Shown one piece after another: positions 1-8,423 of a stretch of DNA of 30,446 nucleotides. The DNA is taken from the NCBI GenBank assembly GCA_045863335.1, contig BTVY01000060.1, positions 1 through 30,446 of the forward strand, given 5' to 3'. The position numbers and the translations under genes are program-made. The number at the start of each line of letters is the position of its first letter. Position 1 is the stretch's first letter. The notes under the pieces were generated by a model. It worked only from the letters and a program-made list of their open reading frames with translations, did no database searches and had not been told where the DNA came from. This DNA comes from Candidatus Hydrogenedentota bacterium (GTDB lineage Bacteria; Hydrogenedentota; Hydrogenedentia; Hydrogenedentales; SLHB01).

Positions 1-51
1 GCAACTACATTGCGGCTTTCAGAGTGCGTAACCGGTACTCATAGAACCGCA

Positions 52-82
52 CCCCCTTCGAAGGGGGATCAAGGGGGATGTT
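52..82. repeat. REP-like palindromic element CCCCCTTCGAAGGGGG followed by a repeated AAGGGGGAT
   Basis: Perfect 16-bp palindrome at 52-67, with AAGGGGGAT at 61-69 and again at 71-79. It overlaps the stop codon of the minus-strand CDS ending at 69 and could also act as a terminator. Confidence 0.5.
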
Positions 83-665
83 CTTTGGCAGTAGTCGCGG
101 TATCGCTTCGCGGCCGCAACCAGTCCGCCTGGGCCCAATAGGCAAGGGCAATCCAGAGCACGAAAGGCAGCGTAATGAAGGCCTGGGCGATGGCGGTCGG
201 TACGACGGGATTCCGAGCCATGGTATCGGCAAAGGCAAAGGCGAGCACCAGGTACACCACATGTCCAGCGGCAAGAACGGCGAATCCGATAGCTGCGATA
301 AGTGCCCGCCGCTTCCAGGCGATGCCGGAAGTCGCAATAACGAGCGCCGCGTAGGTGGCGATATTGCTGACGAGTTGCGCGATCGGCAGCGAGGGGTTTC
401 GCTCTCCCAACTGAAAACCTAAGAGCGTGCCCGTGTTCAGGATGCCCGACGCTTCCACGGTGACACCGTCAATGTCGAACCCGAACGGAAATCGCAGCAG
501 CAACGCTGCGGCATGCCCGATTGCCCAAGCGTACGCAGGCAATACCAGCCACCACAAGGCAAGGCAAACCGGGATGGACAGCAACACGCGGACGGCAAAC
601 CAGAGCAAGCGCCGTATACGGTTGTCGTGTGGCACCTGCTCCGTGTCCGCGCTGCTTTTGCTCAT
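69..665 (-). CDS. Exosortase H-associated (exosortase-like) membrane protein
   Basis: 198 aa with about 4-5 hydrophobic segments. The pattern 'NIATYAALVIAT..IAWKRRALIAAIGFAVLAAGHVV' parallels the exosortase TM core but has no catalytic Cys. Start overlaps the stop of the exosortase gene (ATGA, 662-665). Confidence 0.65.
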   Translation of the reverse strand: MSKSSADTEQVPHDNRIRRLLWFAVRVLLSIPVCLALWWLVLPAYAWAIGHAAALLLRFPFGFDIDGVTVEASGILNTGTLLGFQLGERNPSLPIAQLVSNIATYAALVIATSGIAWKRRALIAAIGFAVLAAGHVVYLVLAFAFADTMARNPVVPTAIAQAFITLPFVLWIALAYWAQADWLRPRSDTATTAKEHPP

Positions 666-2002
666 TCCCGATGTTCTTCTATCGTGGGCGACTTTTGTTC
701 AGATGGACCGGAATCTTCGCGCGCGACCTTCGCCTTCGGCCGCACGATAAACTCGACCCACATAAGCCAAATGATCACCACGAAGACAATATAGACTGCC
801 TGCCACACGTACTCGTGAGCAAAATCGAAGATCTGCCCATTGCCGCTATAGGCCCCGATCAGCGCGAGGCAGGTCAATCGGGCAATGTTGACGCCATAAA
901 GCAGCGGCAGTCCGATGGCCAACCCGACCAAGCGACGCCATAGATCCGTGGGAAAAGCGATCATGGCCGCAAGAAAGATCGACATGCTCGGCAACGCCCC
1001 GCAATCGGGAACCACGTTGAACCGGAATCTGCGATCCTGATCGGCTTCGGCATCGCGGTTCTCCACCGCCTGTTCGCGTGCCGCCTTGATCGACGCGACC
1101 TCGGCCTGCAACGTAGTGATCTCGTCTTCCCCTTTTGATTCGTGCGGGCCTTCCTCGACTGCGCGAAGCCGTGCTTCCGCATCCCGCAACTGGGTGGTCA
1201 GGCCTGCGCTCGCGATGAAGTCGACCGTCGGCCCGTGCCGGTCGTGAACCTGTAACGATAGTTGAACGATCCGGCTTTCGAGATACGTGCGCTGTTGCGC
1301 CAAACCTGCCGCGATCTGCCGTTCCAGGTCATCGAGAAACTCACTCAGTTCGACCCCGTCCGGTCGCTGGCCGCGCTCCAACGCAGCGACAGCAGCTTCC
1401 GAAGACTCAATCAACTGGTTCAGCTCCGGCGACGCGATCTGCATGGTCCCGTTAGGTCCTTCAAAAACGGTGGATTCTCGGAGGCGATTCAGCGACTCGC
1501 GTAGATATCCGATGCGCGTCTCCTTTGAACCGGACACGGGCGCCGGCGGAGACTCTGTCAGCGTTGCCATCTCTCTGGTCTGCGCCAACTGCTGGGCGAG
1601 TAGCAGCGACCGGTATTGCCAGATCTCGTACGGCGCGAGCGGACCCGAATCGTATTCGCCCTCAGGCCGCACCGGAGTGTCACCGCCTTGGCGTGCCGCG
1701 TCGAGCGTCGCGCGTACCGCGGCCGCGCGGTCCCGGTACAGGTTCGGGTCCTCCAACCGGCTGGAGTAGCCAATCACATCCAAGACCCAAGACGTGTGAC
1801 CCGCCACCTGAAAGAGATACCAATTCATGAAGCGCGTGTTGACGGCGTAACGCCCGAGCATCAGCAGCACAATCGTGACTGCCAGGAAAATCAGCACAAA
1901 CGAAATTGCTCCGCGCCGGGCCTTGCCAGAACGCGATTGACCGGACAATGCCGGCTTGGAGTCGGAGCCATCGATCTCTGATTTCGTCTGTTGCTCATCC
2001 AT
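662..2002 (-). CDS. Exosortase/archaeosortase family transpeptidase, XrtH-like, with a large internal insertion
   Basis: The C-terminal core 'FNVVPDCGALPSMSIFLAAMIAFP..WRRLVGLAIGLPLLYGVNIARL...FDFAHEYVWQA' carries Cys334, Arg375 and His396 in exosortase spacing. AHxYVWQA is typical of exosortase H. There is an N-terminal TM at about residues 33-52. Confidence 0.85.
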   Translation of the reverse strand: MDEQQTKSEIDGSDSKPALSGQSRSGKARRGAISFVLIFLAVTIVLLMLGRYAVNTRFMNWYLFQVAGHTSWVLDVIGYSSRLEDPNLYRDRAAAVRATLDAARQGGDTPVRPEGEYDSGPLAPYEIWQYRSLLLAQQLAQTREMATLTESPPAPVSGSKETRIGYLRESLNRLRESTVFEGPNGTMQIASPELNQLIESSEAAVAALERGQRPDGVELSEFLDDLERQIAAGLAQQRTYLESRIVQLSLQVHDRHGPTVDFIASAGLTTQLRDAEARLRAVEEGPHESKGEDEITTLQAEVASIKAAREQAVENRDAEADQDRRFRFNVVPDCGALPSMSIFLAAMIAFPTDLWRRLVGLAIGLPLLYGVNIARLTCLALIGAYSGNGQIFDFAHEYVWQAVYIVFVVIIWLMWVEFIVRPKAKVAREDSGPSEQKSPTIEEHRE

Positions 2003-2228
2003 TGAGAATCTGTCCGAGAGTAGGTTGGGGTACGGTTCGCCGTGAGCATAGCAACTCCAACCGATCCGCTCAACCCATGAGCGATCAACCCCTTACGCAG
2101 ATACCCGGTTTTCGTTACGCCGAAGGACGAGACAGTGAGGATCGTACGTGATGGACGAGAGGCAAACTCCCCGTTATGATGGCGACTGGAAACCGGTCCT
2201 TCCAAATCAAACGACATGGAGAATTCCC

Positions 2229-3482
2229 GTGCGTATTCGCCCGACATTTCAAACGTTCCGCAACACGGCCTTAGCGATCATCATCGCGGCGGCCGTCCTC
2301 GGCGCGACGCCTTCTGCCTGCGCGCGGCCGGAATACGTCTACCTCACCTATCCCGGCGACCCGAGCACGTCGATTACCATCGGGTATCAGACCAAAGATC
2401 TCTCCGAGACTTCCAAGGTCTACTACGACACGCAATCCCGCGGCGGTGAGGTTGAGGCATACGCGCATGAAGCCTCCGGAGTCCAAGTGCGCATTCCGGG
2501 ACTTCCCGCGACGCGGACCATCCATCACGTAACATTGACGGGGCTGGACCCCGGGACCACCTACTACTTTGTGGCCGGCGATGAGGATGGTGGTTTCACA
2601 GGGGAGCGTTCGTTCAGGACCATCGCGGACGATGACGCCCCCCTTCGCTTCGTTACCGGCGGCGATATGGGCGCAACGCGTCAAACCCGCCGGCTCCTTC
2701 GGGTCGCGGCGGAACAAGACCCCGATTTCGCCGTCGTCGGCGGAGACATTGCGTACGCCAACGGCGAACTCAAGGAGTATCGGGACTGGGATCACTGGTT
2801 CAAGAACTGGGACGAACTCATGCGGACCTCCGACGGCCGCATGATCCCGGTAGTCGCGGCCATCGGCAACCATGAGGTGAATGACTCCGACTCGGCCGAC
2901 TGGACTGTGCGCGCGCCCTTCTACTCCGCGTACTTCGAAACGCAGCCCGGCGACACGTACTTCGACCTTGCCTGCGGCGCCAACATGGCCCTCCTGGTGT
3001 TGGACACAGGACACATCGCGCCTCACGATGGCGATCAGGCGACTTGGCTCGATTCGGCACTCGCTGCGCATGCAGAGATCCCCTTTGTATTCGCCGTATA
3101 TCACGTACCTTTCTATCCGAGCCACCGGGACTACGACAGTTCCGGTTCCGAGGCCGGCCGCACGCACTGGGCTCCCCGATTCGATACGCACGGCTTGACG
3201 GCGGCATTCGAGAATCACGACCACACCATGAAGCGCAGTAAACCGATCCGCGACAACCAAGTCGACGAGGATGGCGTACTTTATCTCGGAGACGGGTCCT
3301 GGGGAGTGGTTCCGAGGGACGTCGATAAAGAGCGGCGCTGGTACGAAGCCGTGGCCTTGGGCGTCGGCCATGTCTGGGTCGTCGATGTGTCCTCGGAGCA
3401 GACGAGGTACCGCGCGCTGGATCGCGACGGGATGCTCCTCGACGAAACGACCTCCGCGCCACGGCTAGCCGCCGCAGATTGA
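2229..3482 (+). CDS. Secreted purple acid phosphatase-like metallophosphoesterase (FN3-like N-domain plus calcineurin-like domain)
   Basis: Signal peptide 'RNTALAIIIAAAVLGATPSACA', FN3 'HHVTLTGLDPGTTYYF', and motifs GDMG, GGDIAYANG, GNHE, YHVP and ENHDH. Likely start is GTG 2229 after GGAGA; the ORF is open from 2148. Confidence 0.88.
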   Translation: MRIRPTFQTFRNTALAIIIAAAVLGATPSACARPEYVYLTYPGDPSTSITIGYQTKDLSETSKVYYDTQSRGGEVEAYAHEASGVQVRIPGLPATRTIHHVTLTGLDPGTTYYFVAGDEDGGFTGERSFRTIADDDAPLRFVTGGDMGATRQTRRLLRVAAEQDPDFAVVGGDIAYANGELKEYRDWDHWFKNWDELMRTSDGRMIPVVAAIGNHEVNDSDSADWTVRAPFYSAYFETQPGDTYFDLACGANMALLVLDTGHIAPHDGDQATWLDSALAAHAEIPFVFAVYHVPFYPSHRDYDSSGSEAGRTHWAPRFDTHGLTAAFENHDHTMKRSKPIRDNQVDEDGVLYLGDGSWGVVPRDVDKERRWYEAVALGVGHVWVVDVSSEQTRYRALDRDGMLLDETTSAPRLAAAD

Positions 3483-3485
3483 CGG

Positions 3486-4265
3486 CTATGAGTCGCGCGA
3501 TACGGCAAGAAAATTGAACGCGGCAAAGGGGTAGGTCATCGCATCCACAAACTCCCCGCGCGTGAGCGGTTTGCCGCCTTCCAGCCAATGCTTGACGATG
3601 TGGATGCCGTAGCCGAGCGTCTCCGTGAAGAACAGGTACATGTCGCCCGGCGGTATGGCATAGAGACACAAACCGGATTGCGTACACTCGAACAGAACGA
3701 ATGGTTTGCACCGTTGCAGCACGCCCATCGCCCCTTTCAACACCTGCAGCTCCGCACCTTCCACATCCACTTTCAGAAAATGAACCCAGTGGTCGGCGGG
3801 AAGCACGTCGTCCAGTCGCTTGCACTCGATCCGATGTTCCTTGAAACCCTCATCCGCGTGGTACGAATGAGGCTGAAGCCCACTGAATCCGGACCGATCT
3901 GTGTTTTCGTAGAATGAAGTCGTGCCATTGGTGTCGCTGAGCGCCACATTGTGAATGGTCGCTTCCGGAAACTTCTTCTTCAGCCACTCCGCCTTTTGCG
4001 GTACGGCCTCGAAGGCGTGGTGTGTTCCACGCGGGGCCAGCGTTACGAACTCGTTGAGAACCGACCCCAGGTGGCAACCGATATCGACACAGTTCCAATC
4101 CGGCTGGATCGTTTTGCGCATCATGGCTTCGATACAGAACGGCTCCTGGTAAATACCTTCCAGTTCGGGATGGCGCGTACGCTTCCAGTAGGAAAGCAGG
4201 TACCGGGCCTGTGTGACCGGCCGGTAAAGAGGCGTGCGAATCAGTAAGTGCTTTAAATAATCCAC
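3486..4265 (-). CDS. FkbM family SAM-dependent methyltransferase
   Basis: 'VDIGCHLG' SAM motif, 'HHAFEAVP', 'NVALSD', 'RLDDVL' and 'FLKVDVEGAELQVLKG'. Confidence 0.9.
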   Translation of the reverse strand: MDYLKHLLIRTPLYRPVTQARYLLSYWKRTRHPELEGIYQEPFCIEAMMRKTIQPDWNCVDIGCHLGSVLNEFVTLAPRGTHHAFEAVPQKAEWLKKKFPEATIHNVALSDTNGTTSFYENTDRSGFSGLQPHSYHADEGFKEHRIECKRLDDVLPADHWVHFLKVDVEGAELQVLKGAMGVLQRCKPFVLFECTQSGLCLYAIPPGDMYLFFTETLGYGIHIVKHWLEGGKPLTRGEFVDAMTYPFAAFNFLAVSRDS

Positions 4266-4427
4266 GTTGCGCGTTGATCCCTATGATGGTTCAGGCGAGA
4301 CTGCGTCGTGCCGCGCATAGCATACGCGTTTTTCGCGCTCAAAACCATCCCAAACCGGCATTTCATTTGTTCCAGGACACCCGTAGATGTTACGATCACT
4401 AGGTTTACGCGCCCAGGAGCAGATGAA

Positions 4428-5357
4428 ATGGCAGAAGTGAAACGCGGTTTCTTCGGAAAACTCCGCGACCGGCTCTCCAAGACCCGCGACAACCTTTCCG
4501 GTAGTGTCCGGCGGGTGTTCGGTGGCCGTTCAGTTGTCGACGACGACCTGTTGGAAGAGCTTGAAGAGATCTTTATCGGCGCCGATTTTGGGGTCGAAGC
4601 CACGATGGCGATTATCGAGGACATGCGGGCACTCGCCAAAGAACGGCGCGTGAACTCCCCTGACGCGTTCGTCGACATGTTGAAAGAAGAGCTGACCAAG
4701 ACGCTCCAGCCCGGCAACCACACACTCTCCTGGCAAACCGCTGACGGACCCCATGTTACGCTGATTGCGGGCGTCAACGGTTCCGGCAAGACCACCACCG
4801 CGGGCAAGCTTTCCGCCCACTTGACCCAACAAGGCAAGACGGTCATGTTGGGAGCGGCGGACACCTTCCGGGCCGCGGCCGTCGAACAACTGACGATTTG
4901 GAGCGAACGAACCGGCGTACCCATCATCAAGCACAAGGATGGCGCCGATCCCGCCGCGGTGGCGTTTGACGCGGCAGACGCGGCCGCGTCACGAGGCATC
5001 GATTGCCTGCTGATCGACACGGCAGGACGCCTTCACACGAAGGTGAACCTCATGGAGGAACTCAAGAAGATTCAGCGTGTTGTCGCCAAGCGAGTTCCGG
5101 GCGCGCCACACGAAGTGTTGCTCGTCTTGGATGCGACCACGGGGCAAAACGGCCTCCAACAGGCCAAGGTGTTTACCGAGGCGCTTCACGTCACCGGCAT
5201 CGTGTTGACCAAGCTGGACGGTACGGCAAAAGGCGGAATCGCGGTGGCCATTCAGCGGCAACTTGGAATACCCATCAAGTTGATCGGTGTTGGAGAAGCA
5301 GTCGAGGATTTGCAGCCATTTAACGCCAGGGAGTTTGTGGACGCGATCTTCTCGTAG
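4428..5357 (+). CDS. ftsY: Signal recognition particle receptor FtsY (NG domain only, no long acidic domain)
   Basis: GVNGSGKTTT, DTFRAAAVEQL, DTAGRLHTKVNLMEEL, TKLDGTAKGG and GVGE..EDLQPF. ATG at 4428 follows AGGAG. Confidence 0.97.
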   Translation: MAEVKRGFFGKLRDRLSKTRDNLSGSVRRVFGGRSVVDDDLLEELEEIFIGADFGVEATMAIIEDMRALAKERRVNSPDAFVDMLKEELTKTLQPGNHTLSWQTADGPHVTLIAGVNGSGKTTTAGKLSAHLTQQGKTVMLGAADTFRAAAVEQLTIWSERTGVPIIKHKDGADPAAVAFDAADAAASRGIDCLLIDTAGRLHTKVNLMEELKKIQRVVAKRVPGAPHEVLLVLDATTGQNGLQQAKVFTEALHVTGIVLTKLDGTAKGGIAVAIQRQLGIPIKLIGVGEAVEDLQPFNAREFVDAIFS

Positions 5358-5391
5358 GGGACGACGGGAACTGTTCGCAGCAGGGGGTCTT

Positions 5392-7275
5392 TTGGAGCAG
5401 GCGGAACAGGCAACGCCGCGTCGTTCCTTTATCGGCGCGGCTCTCGTCAAGGACGGGGTGATTACCGAGGCGCAGCTTGCGCGCGCCATACGGATTCAAG
5501 AACTTCTTGAACAACCGCGCCAGCTCGGCGACGTGCTCGTCGAATTGGGGTTCGCGACAAAAAAGGCGATTACCGAAGCCGTGAACCGGCATGGCCGTGG
5601 CATACGGCTGGGCGACATGCTGGTCGAACAGGGTCTGATTTCACAAGATCAGCTCGAAGCAGCGCTCACGATGCAGAAAGAGCGAAGCGTCAGGCTGGGT
5701 GCAGCCCTCATCGAACTCGGCGCCATCAACGAGCGGACCCTTCTGCAAAACCTGGCAAACCAATCGCGATTGCCTTTTATCGAACCCATTTTTGCCATGA
5801 TCGAGCCGAACGTGCTGAGCGGCGTTGCACCCGACTACCTGGCAAAACACGAGTTTATCCCATTCAGTCGAAGCGAAAACGGCCGAATAACCGTGGTCGT
5901 CAACGATCCTTCCGATACCGACTGTATACACGCCGTGCAGGATCTCTTGCGGGCTGAATTCGACATCGCGCTCGGACCCATCGAATCGATCCGGCAGGCC
6001 ATCGAAGACTACCGGTCGTTTCGTACGAATCGTTCGGCGCGGAGCGCCCGGACCGAAGCCGGGGGCGACAGCATCGTCCAACTGGTCAATCACATTATCT
6101 CCTCTGCGGTCGACGAGCGGGCGAGCGACATTCACATTGAACCCATGTCGGACAAGGTCCGCCTGCGCTACCGCATTGACGGCGTCCTCGTCTACAAGAC
6201 CGACCTGCCGCTCGACTTGTTGCCCCGGATCATCTCGCGTATCAAGGTGCTCTCCGAAGGCAACATCACGGAACACCAGCACCATCAAGGTGGACGCTTT
6301 CTCTACACGGTCGGCACCCGCGACTACGACTTGCGGCTCTCCATCTACGTAACCGTCCACGGCGAATGCGCGGTCATGCGCATTCTGAACAAGCAGACGG
6401 GAATCCTCGAACTCGACGAGTTGGGAATGAACCCCACCATGAAGGAGCGATTCCGAACGGACGTACTGGACGTCCCCACCGGCGTGGTCCTGATCACGGG
6501 TCCAACCGGCTCCGGAAAGACGACGACGCTCTACAGCAGCCTCGCGTACAGCAACAAGATCGATACGAAGATCATCACCGCCGAAGATCCGGTGGAATAC
6601 ATGATTGACGGTCTCATCCAGTGCTCCATCTACGACAAGATCGGGCGCACCTTCGAGAGCACCCTGCGCGAGATCGTCCGCCAGGACCCGGACATTATCG
6701 TGCTGGGAGAAATCCGCGATCGTACCACGGCGGAGACGGCCATCCAGGCGGCACTGACCGGACACAAGGTCTACTCCACCTTCCACACGGAAGACACCAT
6801 CGGCGGACTTCTCCGCCTGATCGACATGGACATTGAAACCTTCCTTATTTCGTCCACCGTCATCTCGGTACTTGCCCAGCGATTGCTGCGCAGAATCTGC
6901 ACGGCCTGTGCCGTCCCCCACACGCCCGGACCCCGGGAACTGGACCGGATAGGGTTGACCGTCGAGGAAGTACACGAGTTCGAGTTTAAGCGGGGCCAGG
7001 GGTGCAAACTCTGCAACTACACCGGGTACCACGGCCGCACCGCCGCATACGAATTGCTCGTGCTCAACGAAGAAGTGAAAGAGGCCATTCTGGCCAAGCG
7101 CCCCGCCCATGTGATTCGAAAGATCAGCACCGATACGACGGGGCTAATCAGTATGCGGGAGGACGCCATCGCGAAAACGGTTCGCGGTCTTACCACCTTT
7201 GACGAAGTGCTCCGGCACACGCCGCGAACGTTTGAAATGCGCCGGCTGCGCCAGATTTTGACCATGACTCAGTAA
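5392..7275 (+). CDS. GspE/PilB-family secretion/pilus ATPase with tandem N-terminal MshEN domains
   Basis: ASDIHIEP, RYRIDGVL, Walker A GPTGSGKTTTLY, TAEDPVEY, RQDPDIIVLGEIRD, His box TGHKVYSTFHT and the CxxC...CxxC Zn motif. Four (R/Q/F)(L/I)GxxL(V/I)xxG motifs lie in the N-terminus. Likely TTG start at 5392 after GGGGG; the ORF is open from 5287 but overlaps ftsY there. Confidence 0.92.
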   Translation: MEQAEQATPRRSFIGAALVKDGVITEAQLARAIRIQELLEQPRQLGDVLVELGFATKKAITEAVNRHGRGIRLGDMLVEQGLISQDQLEAALTMQKERSVRLGAALIELGAINERTLLQNLANQSRLPFIEPIFAMIEPNVLSGVAPDYLAKHEFIPFSRSENGRITVVVNDPSDTDCIHAVQDLLRAEFDIALGPIESIRQAIEDYRSFRTNRSARSARTEAGGDSIVQLVNHIISSAVDERASDIHIEPMSDKVRLRYRIDGVLVYKTDLPLDLLPRIISRIKVLSEGNITEHQHHQGGRFLYTVGTRDYDLRLSIYVTVHGECAVMRILNKQTGILELDELGMNPTMKERFRTDVLDVPTGVVLITGPTGSGKTTTLYSSLAYSNKIDTKIITAEDPVEYMIDGLIQCSIYDKIGRTFESTLREIVRQDPDIIVLGEIRDRTTAETAIQAALTGHKVYSTFHTEDTIGGLLRLIDMDIETFLISSTVISVLAQRLLRRICTACAVPHTPGPRELDRIGLTVEEVHEFEFKRGQGCKLCNYTGYHGRTAAYELLVLNEEVKEAILAKRPAHVIRKISTDTTGLISMREDAIAKTVRGLTTFDEVLRHTPRTFEMRRLRQILTMTQ

Positions 7276-7292
7276 TCGAATGGATTGAACAC

Positions 7293-8312
7293 ATGCTCAA
7301 GTGTCCATATTGTGAGGAAGGCGCCCCTTCCCAGACCACGCATGGCGCTTCCGTTCAACTCGCGGCTTGCCCGGCGTGCATGAATCCTTATTACATCGAC
7401 TGGGACGGCCGGCAGGCGCAACGGATTGCCGGCGCCGCGGACATCCGTCAGGCAGCGGCAAAAGGAACCATTGGGGGCGAATTGCTTGCTGCGTTGCCCA
7501 AGGCCATCGAGGACCTTCCGGTACTCCCGGAAGTCTCCACGCGAATCATGGAATTGCTGCGCAGCTCGGACACGTCCATGAAGGATATCGCGGAGACCGT
7601 ACGTCAGGATCAAGCGATTGCCGTAAAGATACTGCAATTGGCGAACAGCGCGATGTACGGCGGGCTCACAACGATTACCGACCTCAGTGCGGGGTGCGCC
7701 CGGCTCGGCACCCGAACCGTCGCCAATGCCGTGCAGACTGTGGCCAATGGTAACCTCTACATCACCAGCAACCCCGCGTTCAAAGACCAAATGCGCCGCC
7801 TCTGGACCCACTCGGTCGCCACGGCGCATTGCGCCAGCGAAATCGCGATGCTCACCGCGTCTCCCCGTTCTGACGCACTGTTCGTCGCCGGCCTGATACA
7901 CGACATCGGGTCAGTCGTCGTGCTGGACATCGTATCGGGTTCCCGGCGGGGCGTCCTGGCGGACCTGCACAAAAGCCCGGAACTGGTGCGCGAAGTTCTG
8001 GAGAGTTACGGCCCCTTGATCGGGTTGCATGTCATCCAGGCGTGGAAACTTCCACCCGAGTTTTCGATGACAACCTACCTGCAGTCCACGCCGGACGCCG
8101 CACCCACGGAAGACGTGCGCGCCATGGTACACATTGTCTGCCTGGCCGGAGCCGTGGCCGAGGTTTCCGGCTTCTCCGTGTACGACGGAGCAACCAGCCT
8201 GCTGAGCCATCCCTCGACGAAATACCTCGGACTAAGCGACATCAAGCTGGCCACCTTGCGCGCCGATCTCGAGGACTCTGTCCGTCCGCTGCTGGAGATC
8301 TCCGCTTCCTAA
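7293..8312 (+). CDS. HDOD domain protein with N-terminal Zn-ribbon
   Basis: 'LPVLPEV...IAETVRQDQAIAVKILQLANSAMYG...ARLG...LWTHSVATA...LFVAGLIHDIG...AWKLP' is the HDOD signature. The N-terminus has CPYC...CPAC. Confidence 0.88.
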   Translation: MLKCPYCEEGAPSQTTHGASVQLAACPACMNPYYIDWDGRQAQRIAGAADIRQAAAKGTIGGELLAALPKAIEDLPVLPEVSTRIMELLRSSDTSMKDIAETVRQDQAIAVKILQLANSAMYGGLTTITDLSAGCARLGTRTVANAVQTVANGNLYITSNPAFKDQMRRLWTHSVATAHCASEIAMLTASPRSDALFVAGLIHDIGSVVVLDIVSGSRRGVLADLHKSPELVREVLESYGPLIGLHVIQAWKLPPEFSMTTYLQSTPDAAPTEDVRAMVHIVCLAGAVAEVSGFSVYDGATSLLSHPSTKYLGLSDIKLATLRADLEDSVRPLLEISAS

Positions 8313-8335
8313 GTATTGCGTCACCGGCACGCGCA

Positions 8336-8364
8336 TTGAACGATTTCCCCTGGACCAGTAGAAT
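8336..8364 (+). promoter_or_regulatory. Putative sigma70 promoter of cysS
   Basis: TTGAAC-N17-TAGAAT about 60 bp upstream of the cysS ATG. Confidence 0.5.
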
Positions 8365-8423
8365 CCCCTCCAAAACCGCGCCTTCTGTCACCATTCAGTA
8401 CGGAATAGCATCTGGAGTCCGGA

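Noticed and set aside
4308-4427. N-terminal extensions given by the ORF track for ftsY, and likewise 5287, 11891, 20244 and 20257
   Set aside because: Better starts with SD sequences lie downstream. The extensions overlap neighbouring genes or promoters and look non-protein-like.
4253-5020. 255-aa minus-strand ORF
   Set aside because: Antisense shadow of ftsY with no independent motifs. Such shadows are expected in GC-rich DNA.
5641-7110. 489-aa minus-strand ORF, and similar long antisense ORFs at 2271-3371, 8388-9215 and 28442-29692
   Set aside because: Each lies opposite a clearly identified gene and reflects codon bias on the coding strand.
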